Source: Gnetum montanum
Lineage: Eukaryota > Plantae > Gnetophyta
DNA length: 64,000 nucleotides
Reading direction: 5' to 3'
Assembly: GCA_015680685.1 (NCBI GenBank)
Contig: MNCI01002363.1
Location: 758,307 to 822,306 of the forward strand
The translations under genes were made by a program, and so were the position numbers. Positions 12,251-24,700 of this stretch are shown in pieces. The notes under the pieces were generated by a model that had not been told where the DNA came from, did no database searches, and saw only the letters and a list, made by a program, of their open reading frames with translations. The number at the start of each line of letters is the position of its first letter. The stretch's first letter is position 1.

Positions 12251-14239
12251 ATAATCAAAATTGGCAAGAAGTGGGTTTGAAAATCATGCATAAGTGAAAC
12301 ATCACAAAGAAAATTCATGTTGTATCCTATAATCAAAATTATTTGTAATTTGGTGGAAAATTAATAGCAAACAGAATTGTCTTATTTTTCCTAAAATCTA
12401 GCATTGTAACCTTTATCACTAGGATTTGAGGCAATATTTTTAATGTAAAATATGAGATTTATAGCTCATTCATTGTAGATCTCACACATCTCAGCTTATA
12501 GAGGTTAAAAAATGCTTCATAAGCTATGAATGCCTCATCTTACAAGTGGCAAAAGTTGTAGATTTCATATACCTAGGCTTGGAAGGATTAAAAATGCCTT
12601 AAAGGATACCAAATTTGGCATACCCTATATGCTAGAAACTTGTAAAGATAGCACATAAAATTTGAATTTTGAGTTTATACATTTGGCAACCTTACACCGT
12701 ATGCTGGGCAACATATGAAGGAAGCGTAGAAAAGCATAAAACTATTCAAATATGCTAATACACTATCAAGAGATGCCCTATACATACTAGAAATTTTCCG
12801 TAATCTGTGAACAATCAGGATAGAAATTTACAGCAGCAAATCAGAAATCTAATGGCCTATTTAAACCAAAGTTGACCTTATTATAAGGACTTTTAGCAAT
12901 TTGCATTTAAGTTGAACATTAAGACTTTCAAAGTAGTGTAGATCTACCAAGAGTCTATAGCCATTCTTTTACCCCCAATGCAAATCCAAGTGACAAAGAA
13001 ATCAACGATGAGTTTGAGGATCAGAATATATGAGACTATTGAAAGTAGAGTGGACTACAAAGCAAACCCTACCAGCTTTATTGGGTTCCAAGCATTCTCC
13101 CTTTGGCTCTATGTGCATTAAAGCTTAAAAATTTTTATTTTTCAAACTTTTTTCCTATGGACCTTTCATTATTTTAATAAAAGTTTGCAATTTCATTTTT
13201 TTGTCACAAATTTATTCTAAGTTTCATTGTGCTTAGATTTTCATTTGTAATTTTATTTTATTCATACTGGTAACAGATTATAAGTCCTTGGATGATTAGT
13301 AAGATCATCCAAGGCACTTTGGATCCTTTTTTCAAGTCCCATAGATCCAAAGTTAAATTGTCTCATGCTAAAATTTTTAGCCTTTTAGCACAAAACTTTT
13401 CAAACGTTACAATTTTTGACACTAGAAGGAGGACCTCTACCCAAATTCTTCAACCAAACCTACTCTTTCTTTTCCTAGAAATAGATTTTGGCCATTTCTT
13501 ACTTATGTTTAAAAACCTTCACATTTTTCATTGGGTTTTTTTCCAAAGCCAATGCATCCTTGATGCTCTGCAATTTTGTGTTGGTTTTTCCCAAAACCAA
13601 TGTTGCTCTACAACCTATTCGACCCTATTTAACATCAAAAATTTGTTTAATGATTTTCCCAAAACTTAGCAGACTTGAATATTTGTTAGTTGTTGTTGGA
13701 CTTCTTAGAACCCAACGTAAAGGTTGTAGTAGGTTTGGACCATTTGTCATTTTTACGACAAGTGCTAGACTTTTCAAAGCCTAGCATAAAAACTATAGAA
13801 ACTTGCACTCTTAAGTTTTCAAAATTTTCCTTCAAGCTTCTCCAAAGATCAATGTATAACCTGGTGTTCTTCTTTACTTTCAATTTTTCAAAAATTTTCT
13901 TTTGGGCTTCTCCCAAAGCCCAATGTATTTTTTGCACTACAGGACATGGTTGGGTGGTCACCTAAACCCAACGTATAATTGGAAATTTGTCTTGGATCTT
14001 TTCACGTTAAATTTTTCCAATAATAATCTACAACATGGTAACTATTTTTTGCATTGCAAGGTGTATAAAAAAATTAATTAATTAATTTTTACCAGTGTAG
14101 TATACAATGCTATCATTGGCACTTGGATTGCTCTTGCAATTGTAATTTTCTATCATATTTCATAAGTTGGGTCTCTTATATGCTGAGTAGTCCCATCTAC
14201 TAAGACTTTTAACTCAGAGCCTAGTTAAATACTTGATCA

Positions 14240-16372
14240 ATGCCTTTTTGTAGGTGCACCATACTACCTCTCAACCTTACCTACATGGCCTGTAATCAAG
14301 ATACAATTCACATTTATGACCCAATGGATCTAGTGGTCATAGAGCATAGACAATCACTTAGGCAAAGAAGCAAGAACCTAGAATTCATGGTTATTAATGA
14401 GGAATTTTATAACTTCCTTTATGCTAGGATACAAGTTGATCTTCTCATACCATGTTTCAATTCTAATGATAAGCATCAATTTGAAATCATACATCGGGAT
14501 GGGAAAGAATACATTTGCTCACCTTATGATAAGATTCCTTTGACTATCTTATATGCCCATATGGTAACACAACTCAATGACATAAATGAGTGGAGTGAGG
14601 AGATTAGCTCAAATGAACATCAGAAGGAGCAAGATGAGTTTAAGGTTGAATAAGAACTAAATACCTTTATTGGGAGTCTATTCCAAAAATTAACTCCTCA
14701 AACAACTATTCCCAGTTTAGCATCTTCCGTGTCATCTGTAGGATAAGTTCCCCAATCTTCTTATCCTCCTATTTATCCCATCATGTTTGGATCAACATCC
14801 ATTATTGCCACACATCAAGCTTAGCCTATGCATTAAGCTCACTCTGTGCAACCATTACCTATGGTGTTTACTACATTCCATCCCTTCTTAATCCCAGTGG
14901 GCTTTTTAGCAGAATCCCAAACTATGCAAGCCTCTCATATCCTCTTTGCCCTCTTTATCACTCAAGTCACAATGCAGACATCCTTTTCATTGATCAACCC
15001 CCTTACCACCATGATCATCTAGCCTCTTCCATCATTGCCATTTCTCATTGCATAGCCTTAAGCCTTCCAATTTCCTCCACAACCATTTGTGTAAACCCCA
15101 CAATCCATTGAGATGCCCCAAGGCTTGGATCAAGTCTTCCAAATGATCTAGGAGCTTACCAAAGAGATACACAAGATCAAATATTCTATGACTTAGATGG
15201 TTAAAATAATGGACTTCTACCAAGATGATCTCATGAGTCCTACATTCATTCAAATCACTCTTCTTGTGGGCATTTCCATTCTTAAATTCACTAAATATAA
15301 TGGCAAGGATAATCCCAATGCATACCTATTTACCTTCTATTTAGAGTGCCTACTATCACATGCTTGGCCTCATACTATTATGTGCATCTTCCCTATGTTC
15401 CTCACTGAGAAAGCCTTAGATTGATATCATGCATTATCTATAAGGTCTATTACCTCATTAGAGGACTTGATCTCATAATTTGTTAACCATTTCAAGTATA
15501 ACTTAAAATGTGACACAACTCTTGATCAATTGATGAGAATCAAGCAAGGGATCTTTGAACCTATCCAGAAGTTTATACAATGATGGAATGCTTTCCTCAA
15601 TGAGATTCCTAAGGCCATAGCCAAAAATCATCTTTTGGACATTTTCAAAGAGATGCTCAACAACTCTATCAAATCCAAACTTTATTACTTAGATCCTTGG
15701 TCCCTTAGCCAATCTTTCTCCCAAACAAAGAACATAGAGGATGTTGTCAAAGACAGTAGTGTATAAGTACCAACACATGAGAAAAGATAGGAATAAGGAA
15801 AAGCAAAATCACATAGCCATGGCCACAATGGCCGAAGAAGTAAAAACTACATAGGGGACAAAGATGAATCAACCAAAGGCCCCTACTGCAACTGCTCAAC
15901 CTTCAACATTAGGAGCCTCTACCTCTAACCCATCTAGGCCTAATTTTAAGAAAAATGATCTATTCAAATACATGAAGTTGCCCTTGAAATCATCTAATCT
16001 TCTTGACCAATTGCTCAATAGTGGCCATATCTAGTATTAGAAAATGACTGAGAATGCCTACAAGAGGCATGACCATCTATGTGAGATTGCTAATGATGAG
16101 TTACTATTAGATGCTTGTGACATAGTTAGGCCCCAAAACCAACACATGAAAGTATAAAAGAATCCATTGAATGTAAATAATAACCCTTATATAATAGCAA
16201 CATTCAACATTAGTAATAATCCAAAACCTACCAGGAAGCTATTTGTGATTCGAATACCTCCTCATGATGAAAGGGGCCCTTCAAATTCATTAAGTTCAAG
16301 GACTCCTTTTGTCGTAAGGATATCATTACCTACTATTGGTACATTTCTAGCCATTTCATGGAGAAAACTTTA
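14240..16372 (+). pseudogene. gag: Element T gag, 5' part
   Basis: KFTKYNGKDNPNAYL...IFPMFLTEKALD*YHAL capsid motif, preceded by a P/Q-rich region. Confidence 0.8.
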
Positions 16373-19300
16373 TAAGGTTGCAGCATCAAAAGTAAATTAT
16401 TACCAAAAAGAAAGAAAAGAAGAGAGGGTTCCTAAAGAGCTATGGGGGTATTAAAACATGAATAATGATTTATGTTCCTTCAAGCATTTCTAGATGCCTA
16501 TGCAATAAGCTCAAAAAGATCTTTGGAATAATAGCTTTTGTGGATTATAAAATCTAGTTGAATGAACAAGCTTAACTTATTACTTTAAAACAAAAGCTTC
16601 AATTCTAGTTCCTTTTGCGCTTTAACACATAATCTATTATTCAATTAAAGTCCTAAAATTTCAAAAAGAATAAGATGAGCTATGCTAAGGCTACTAGAAG
16701 TAGAAACTATTTTAGCTATGGAAAACCTTGTGAGAAATAAGTTTCATTACACTCAAATTTAAACCTAACACTCCCATTATCTATAGTTTATTTTGCTTTT
16801 GATCCCACCATTAGCTCCTTACAATAAGGATATGGGATTATGAAGACAAAGAAGACTTTACAAAGATATTTAAGCTCTAAGAAAGAAAGGAAAGGAAGCT
16901 TCATTAGTCATTATCAATGTATTTAGCTTATTAGGAGTGTTATGACCATAATGTCTTGAAGAAAAGCATAGCACAAATATGTCAGCCTTGCAAGATATTT
17001 CAATCAAGCTCTAGAATAGAAGCTTTAGATAAATTATGAAAAGTTTGAGTTGCAATATTGCATGTAATAAGGATCAAAAACATCTCATAAGCTTTGTGAA
17101 ATTGGTCTAATAAAGAGCTTTTCGTTGTTTGCAAATTCTAATCTAGATGAGATTCACCCATTTAGGTTCTTAAAAGCTCATCTTGATCTTTTGATGTCAC
17201 ATTAGCTTTGCCACATATTAGCTTTTCTTGTCATCTTCTCTTCACATTAGCACACTATCAAGATTATTAATAAGAATGATTTTCATTGCTACAGATGCAT
17301 TCTGCCATGTGGCAAGCTACCACATTAGCATCTAGGTTGAGCTCATTTTTTATATCTAGATGAGTTTTCAACCTCTACCACATCACCTTCTATGACATAG
17401 GCATGATGTTAGCAGTGTCACATCAACAACTAGAGGAATTGCATTTTTCGTCTAGATGGATTCTGCTTTATCTACCATATCATCTTCTACAAATGTAAGC
17501 ATATGTCACATCAACATGAGCCCAAGTTAGAGTACCATATTAGCATTTCCATGTCAACTTCTATCATGTCATCGTGATGTCAACAAGTTATCATGTCAAC
17601 TTATAAATGTGGCTCATAAGGGTGATTACTATCTTGATGAATACATTTTGTCACATTAACATATGCCACATCAGCATGAATTTCATGCTACATCAGCTCA
17701 TAGAAGCAAGTGGTGAAGTAGAAATTCAACCCTACAAGGTTACTCTACCATGTATCAATGTCATGATGACTTTACCACTTATCTTCCTACCATGTCATCT
17801 TTTCAAAGTAGTTTGAAGGGTAAAATTTCCCCTCCATAAACCAGCTGTACCACGTAAACTCTAACACATTAGAATATGCCACAATATTGTCAGTGACATC
17901 ATCATGATGTCAGCACTATGCCATGTTAGCATGCATAGCAATGTTGTGAAGATAAAATTCAACTTGATGAACCAAATCTGCCACCTCAGCATAGTACCAT
18001 GTCATCATTGTCACACCAACAACCTACCACATCAACACATAGAGTTCATTCATGAGGCCACATTATAGCCTCATTAAAGAGCACATGGGTCTTGGTGCAT
18101 TGAATCAAATCATTAAAAAGCATGATATTACGAGAAGTTACTTAGCAGTTAGAAATTAAATAGCTTTAACACTAAATTCAATGAACCATGCTCTCTTAAG
18201 AAAATGTGATTATCATTGATGGAGTTTAAAATATGGAGGATTTGTAGGATAGTTATCCAACATCCTATATGAATAGGACACTTGGCAACTATAGCATTAA
18301 TTTCTATGGTAGTTGAAACTAAAGTTTTGTAGTGGTTATAACTAATTTTAATTTTCCATGATGTTGTGACTACTGAATAGGACACTTGGCAACTATAGTA
18401 TTTAATTTATATGATAGTTGTAACTAAATTCCCATAGTGGTTGTAACTACTTTTAATTTTCCATGATGTTGTAACTACCAAGAAGATATTATAAAAGAAG
18501 CTTCAAGGGTAGAATGAAAAAGGGGGAGAAACTAAGAAGTATTGAAGATTACTTGTAAGAATGACTTGATAACTGCATCATCAATTTAGCTACTTTGTTT
18601 AAATCCTATGAGTTCTTTTCTTCTCATTTTTTCTTTAGTTGCTTAGATAATAGTCTAGATAATACTGTGTTTGGCATTTCATTTTGGAATTTTCTAATTG
18701 CTCTTATAGCTCTATTTTCATGCAATTCTTAACTTCTATTTGTTTGCCATGTAAGAGCTTATGTTTTTCTTTGAAAAGAATCTTGAGTAATTTAATAGAA
18801 ATATCTTTACAAAATTACCTATTCAAGTGACGAAGGTCTAGAAAATCTTTGATATTTTGAGTTGACTTGAAATAGCTTCAATTTTAAAGTTTTTCCTTTA
18901 TGTTCAATCTTGAAATTGTTATACCTTTTTTGATAGCTCTATTATTACAATTCTTGAAAACTATTAACTAGCCATATAATAGCTTGTATTTTGTCTTTTA
19001 CAAAGCATTTTGGTAGTTTAATAGAAGTGTCTTTTGCAAAATTGCTTGTTGAGTACAAAGGGTTTGGAAAATTTGCAACAATTTAGGTTGAATTGGAATA
19101 GCTTTTATTTCGAAGTGTTTTCTCATGTTCAATTTACATCACTTAAATATTTAAGATTTTACACAAATATGCTTTTTCTCTTCTTCTCTTTTAAAATCCA
19201 TAGAATCTCACTCTATTTCTATTTTTCTTATAGATCTTTCTCTCTGAGGAAAATTAGGAGTAGATTTTTGCAAAATTGTGCTTGAGCATCTTCTTGAAAT

Positions 19301-19585
19301 TTTGTTTGTTTCAAGCAATGTACTATAGGGACTATATAGACTAAGTGACTTGACAAAATAGGAATCCTTAATGACTCATAGTATTCAACAAGGTCAACTA
19401 AATTTTTGTTATAATAGCTAGTTACAATTTCATATACAAACCCAAGCATTTCAATTTTCATAACAACAAACACATATTTACACTTAGTTCACTCAATTAC
19501 CATTGAGTTTATTTGAAGGCATCTGGGCCTTGGTATTTCTAGAGTTGAGAAAACACGTAAACTCAAGTTTGAAGGAACACCTTCA
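16373..19585. mobile_element. ~3.2 kb non-coding insertion in gag, probably a large solo LTR
   Basis: Ends taagg...ccttca; degenerate TSD cttta/ttttt; removing it restores RKL-FVILV, echoing the RKLFVI motif just upstream; contains internal repeats. Confidence 0.55.
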
Positions 19586-20950
19586 TTTTTTGTGATCCTA
19601 GTCACAAGACCCAAGGTAAACATTGGTGGTTCTAAACGATCACCAACACCTATGAATCCTAAGGAACCATTCATTGTTAGAGTATTCCTTCCCACTACCA
19701 CTAAGCCTACAATCCAAGTTGACCAACATCCTTTCATAGTGGCTAATGTAACAACCTCACAACTCCATAATAAGAAGTCAACAACCAAGCAATGCAAGAA
19801 GCCTACCCCCAAGCATAAGGCCAAAGATAACAAGTAAATGAAGGCACGGAAGGAAGTGAGCCCACAAAAATCCACACCTATTTCAGCTATCTTGATGAGC
19901 TCCAATGCTCAAACCACTTTAACTAGTCAGCCTAGGAAGGATCATAAACACTAAGAGAAGGGAAAGGGAGCCAAACCACAAATGCTAAAGCATGAGGTTT
20001 GAATCCTTAGCAAAATGGAGAAAGTCAAAGGTAATAAAAATGAAAAAATAATGAACAATGATAAGGACATCCACAATGACATTGAACAAGTGAAACTCTC
20101 CTTGAAGCAAAGAATACCTCCTTAAGCTTATATGACCCAGTGATGACCTCCTTTACCCATTGTGAAGCCTTCGTAAGGATGTTTACTTCAATGCACATTA
20201 GTGAGGACATTCCCACTAATGAAGAATTCACACAATAATGGTATCACCTTTGCCTAGGGAAGAAATGAAGTCAACTACCATATTGTTTCACAATAGTGAG
20301 GTAAAGACTAATTCAAAGGATGGTAAGATAACAAGTGCTCCTCTCTTATAGCCATAAGATTTGGACAATATAAAATACACAGGATACATGTTGATGATGG
20401 AGCAGCAACCTACATTATAGCTTTCAACATTGTTAAGTGTCTAGGCCTATTAGAACATATGCAAAGCACTCCCACTTCTATCCTCAAGTCCTTCAATGGA
20501 TTATTAATAGTAGTGAAAGGGTCTATCTGTTAGACTTTGTAGTAGGGGAATAATTCCCCACATTTACCAATTTCTTGATGGTGGAAGAGACACCAAGATT
20601 GAATCTAATCATGGGAGGCCTTGGTTAGCTCAATTATGAGTAGTTTCCTCCTCCATCCATTAAGAAATTCACCTACCTTATGAAATAGATGAAATAATCA
20701 TACATGGAAATAGTGTGGTCCCTTTATCAGTCAATAACGTTGACATGGAACAAAAGTTCAAAGTGGAGTTTTAAGAAGAAATTCCTACTATCAAGACCGA
20801 AGTTGAGAGATTCAACAAAGTAAAACAAGCCAAGACTAAAAACAACGAAGCCATAAACAAAATGTGGGAAGAGCTCTCATTCAATTCTGTTAGCAAGGAA
20901 AATGGGAAGTACAGGATTGTACAATGAAGGCCTTATGCTTTTCCTAATCA
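19586..20950 (+). pseudogene. Element T gag 3' part and aspartic protease
   Basis: IHRIHVDDGAATYII...LKSFNG (~20375-20500) and an NLIMGRPWL-like motif (~20600). Confidence 0.75.
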
Positions 20951-21739
20951 TTTAAAGATTAGGAAACAATTGCATGATTGAATACATCTTCTACTCACTT
21001 AACCTTATATTAATACCATGTAACCTTTTCTTTTTTATTTCATAGCCTAGTTTCAATTTTTTTTACATGTTTCACTATGCTTCATCTCATTTTAGCCTTA
21101 TTGCAACAACTTCGCCTTTCTTTTACATGTTTACATGAGATTTATAATTTATGCTAATTCAACATTTTTCTTTGATGCTCTCCTTTAAAAAAACCATAAA
21201 AACTTAAAACATAAAAATTTGTTAAAAATAAGACTTTTAAGCCACAAAACTCATAAAAAATTAACAATGGACTACCAAGGCCTTAAACTAGTGTTTTGCC
21301 AAGACCTTAAGCTCTTAAACAGGTAATGCAATCATAGTCATTTTCCTACCATAGCATGTTACACTATATTTTACATTTTTATTACTTGATTATTTTATGT
21401 TTACATTTTACTATAAATTTTTCTTTATGGCCCTCTAGTTTAAACACATAGCATTCTTTATATATTGAGAACATAAAATACATAAAAATAAAAATACTAA
21501 AATAAATATATGTAAAATTAAAATTTTATAGCCAAAGTATCCATGCCAATAATCATAATCACACTACATGATAAAAATAACAAAAATAACTAATGTGTCA
21601 TGTAGCCTTAGTTGCACTATGCAACAATCAAAAACAATAATAAAATAATACATAGTCTCGAGTGTGTATAATAGAAAAAAATAAATAACACCAAAACTAC
21701 AACTGAGATAACCAAAAATTTAATAAGAATAGTATGCCT

Positions 21740-24700
21740 AAGACAAAACTAGAGGAGGATGAGGAACATCATCACCAACATGATCACTAGTACCATTGCG
21801 ATCACTAGAAGCTTGCACACAACAAAAAACATTAAAAAATTTAAAACTTAATTAATTTTATTATCAACTACTATGACCAAAACATGATCATAGAAAACAA
21901 AACAAAAACAAAAATGCAAACTAAACTAAAAATAAACATATAGACATGAAGTATAACCTAGAAAAATGTTAAAATAAAAACTCTAAAACAAACCTCTAAA
22001 GATTTTGGAGCAACATCTTCTAGGGTAAAGCTTTGACAACCAATCTCCAACCTATGAAGAATTTTCTCATCACTCATGTTGGTCTAGTCTATTTCTCCAA
22101 GATCTATCCCCATTAAGATATTCTTCCTTTCAACATCTATGCACTTAGGAGGCTCTCAGGAAGGGGAGGTAGTAGTGGCCACTCTAGAAGTAGTAGTGAT
22201 CTAAAGAGTAGGAGAATTAGACACTACTAGGAAGTCTTTGAACAGCTTAAAAGTGTCTTTTGGATTTATTCCCTACATAAACATTTCAAGCTTTTGACTC
22301 TTTATGACCTCATCATGAAACCACTTGAGATAGCTTTCTTTCTCTACCTTGTACTTTCACTTGTGGTTCTTTTACTTCTTGTCCTACTCAAGAACCTAAG
22401 CACAGTAGTTCCTCTAGTCTCTAGTCCCTTGTATCAATAACTCTATCTACATGTCCTTTTCAACATTGCTCCTAGATGGAGCAACTTTTCTCTAGATGGC
22501 ACCATAGTAGCATGACCACTCAATTTCCTTAGTGTGCAAGGAGTCTTTGTTGAATACATGGGCCTCTATAAACTCCTTGCAATCTCTAAAGTTCCTTATT
22601 TTAGCTACCTATTTTATGTCTTCTTTTTCTAAAAATACAATCCTCTTCCATAGGAATTCATTGGGGTGTTGGCACTTCCAAGAAGTCCTTACACATGAGA
22701 GGGCATACTTAGTGGTTTCCTCGTATAGCCTTTGTGAAACATTTTCCACATTGGATGGTAGCATAGGTGGCTCATTAAGTTCAACATTATGCTTAGGATC
22801 CCATCTAACCTTGGACACTGTAGTGACCACAATCATAAAAAAAATATAAATATATAGATAAAAACAATAAGAAACAAAAGTAACCAAGAACAGTTTAAAT
22901 CACTAGAACCATGTAGACATAAAACATAAAAGGCCATAAAGATATAAAATGAAATATGAGAGTGCATAAATGGTAAAAAGAACTTAAGATAAGATATGCT
23001 AACTATTCTTACCAACATCAAGGGCTATTTTTTGCAACTAATTAACCATATCTTTGACCATGCCTTACATGAACTTAGTCTTGTCTAGAACCTTAGCCCA
23101 AGGCTTTAAACGAAACATAGAGGTGGATGCTTCTGGAAGGGGCTCAAGCACTACAACAAGTATAATCATCAATAAAATAAAAAAATTAAAAGAAATTTTT
23201 TTTGACATAAAACTATAAAATAAAATGCATAAAATAAAATGAATAAGTACTTCAAAGATCATGTGGGATGTCAACAGGAGGTTTGTCATCAAATAGAAAA
23301 TCTTCAGACATAGCATCTAAGGAATCCAATGTTTCATTAGATGCCCTCTTATCTTCCTCCTATTGGCTTAGCACTTCCTCTTCTTGGCATCTTTGCTCTT
23401 CCATTGCCACAACCTAGGCTGCCAATCTTTATTGCTTCCCTACAAGAATTACAAGGACAAAATGTAGGCCAAGTTAGTAAATTGTTTTTGAAAAATAACA
23501 TAAATATATGACAACATGAAAATATAAAAAATATACATAATGACATAAGGAACAAAAACAAAGCTCATATGAAACATACCTAAAATAGTATGATGTGCCT
23601 TGTCAAACCTAAGGGATATTTTCTTGCTTGATGGCTATTCAAAATAGGAACTATTTCCTCAACTCGTGGCCTTCTTAGCTGCATTGTCAACTTTCGCACA
23701 TACCTCTTTAGCTGTCTTGGCATTTTCACAAGTAATATGGGGTTCATTCCCCATGCTATTAGGGGAAGAAAAACATGCACCACTAACTTTCTTAGTGGTA
23801 ACTAACAGTGATTCTCCCATATCTTCAACTAGTAGATCCTGGTCTTGCATCATCAAAATAATGTGTTTGACCCAAGACTTAGAAAATTGGGAGGGATCAT
23901 AACTCACCCACTTTCCATCCTTCTTGACCACTATATGTAGTAAAGAATGAAAAGTGCATATGACACATTGTATCAAGGTTATTATAGAATTTTTGAATCT
24001 CATCCTAAAGCCTAGAGACCAAAAATGTAGTCCAATTGAACCTAGTGCCAGTGGTGAGAACCTTCTTTATGGTTCAATCTTGCTGAATATTAATGATCTT
24101 CCTCTAGACAACAACAAGGAAAATGCTCTAGAATGGAATAGAGGATACGTCTTATTGGCCTCTATGACCTTACACTGATCAAAGGTCAATCCTTCACTAA
24201 CATAATAATTAAGCCACTCCTTAATCTTCTCTCTATGGCTTACTTCTTTTCCTACTCTTGTGGAAATCTTGATGCTTTCACAAGGTACACCAAAGAGGTT
24301 TCTAAATGTAGATTCATTTATGTTTAAGGTAACAGGCACACCATGAAAATGAGAGATGAAATTTTATACTCCTACATCAAAGGAGTCAATTACATTCACC
24401 ATCTTTGTAGTAGGCATTGATAGACTAGGAAGCATGAACAAATAAAAAAAACCTACATCAATTATCCTTTGCTAGATGTCCCTAGGTGCTTTGCTTCCCA
24501 ACCACTCCTATGCTAAATCTACTTCATCCCACATGAAAATGATCTTCTCTTCAACATGTCCCAAGGTGATCACAACAATGGTAAATTTAAGTGTAGGACT
24601 TACAACCCAACATGAGCAGCCCATTAGCCTTTGGCATAGGTAGATCATACAAAGGTAAAAATGATAAATATAATAAATTAAAATTAAATTTATAACAACA

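Noticed and set aside
13292-13965. Cluster of four overlapping ORFs
   Set aside because: F/K/L-rich translations of A/T-tract DNA with no recognisable domain; probably LTR or 5' UTR
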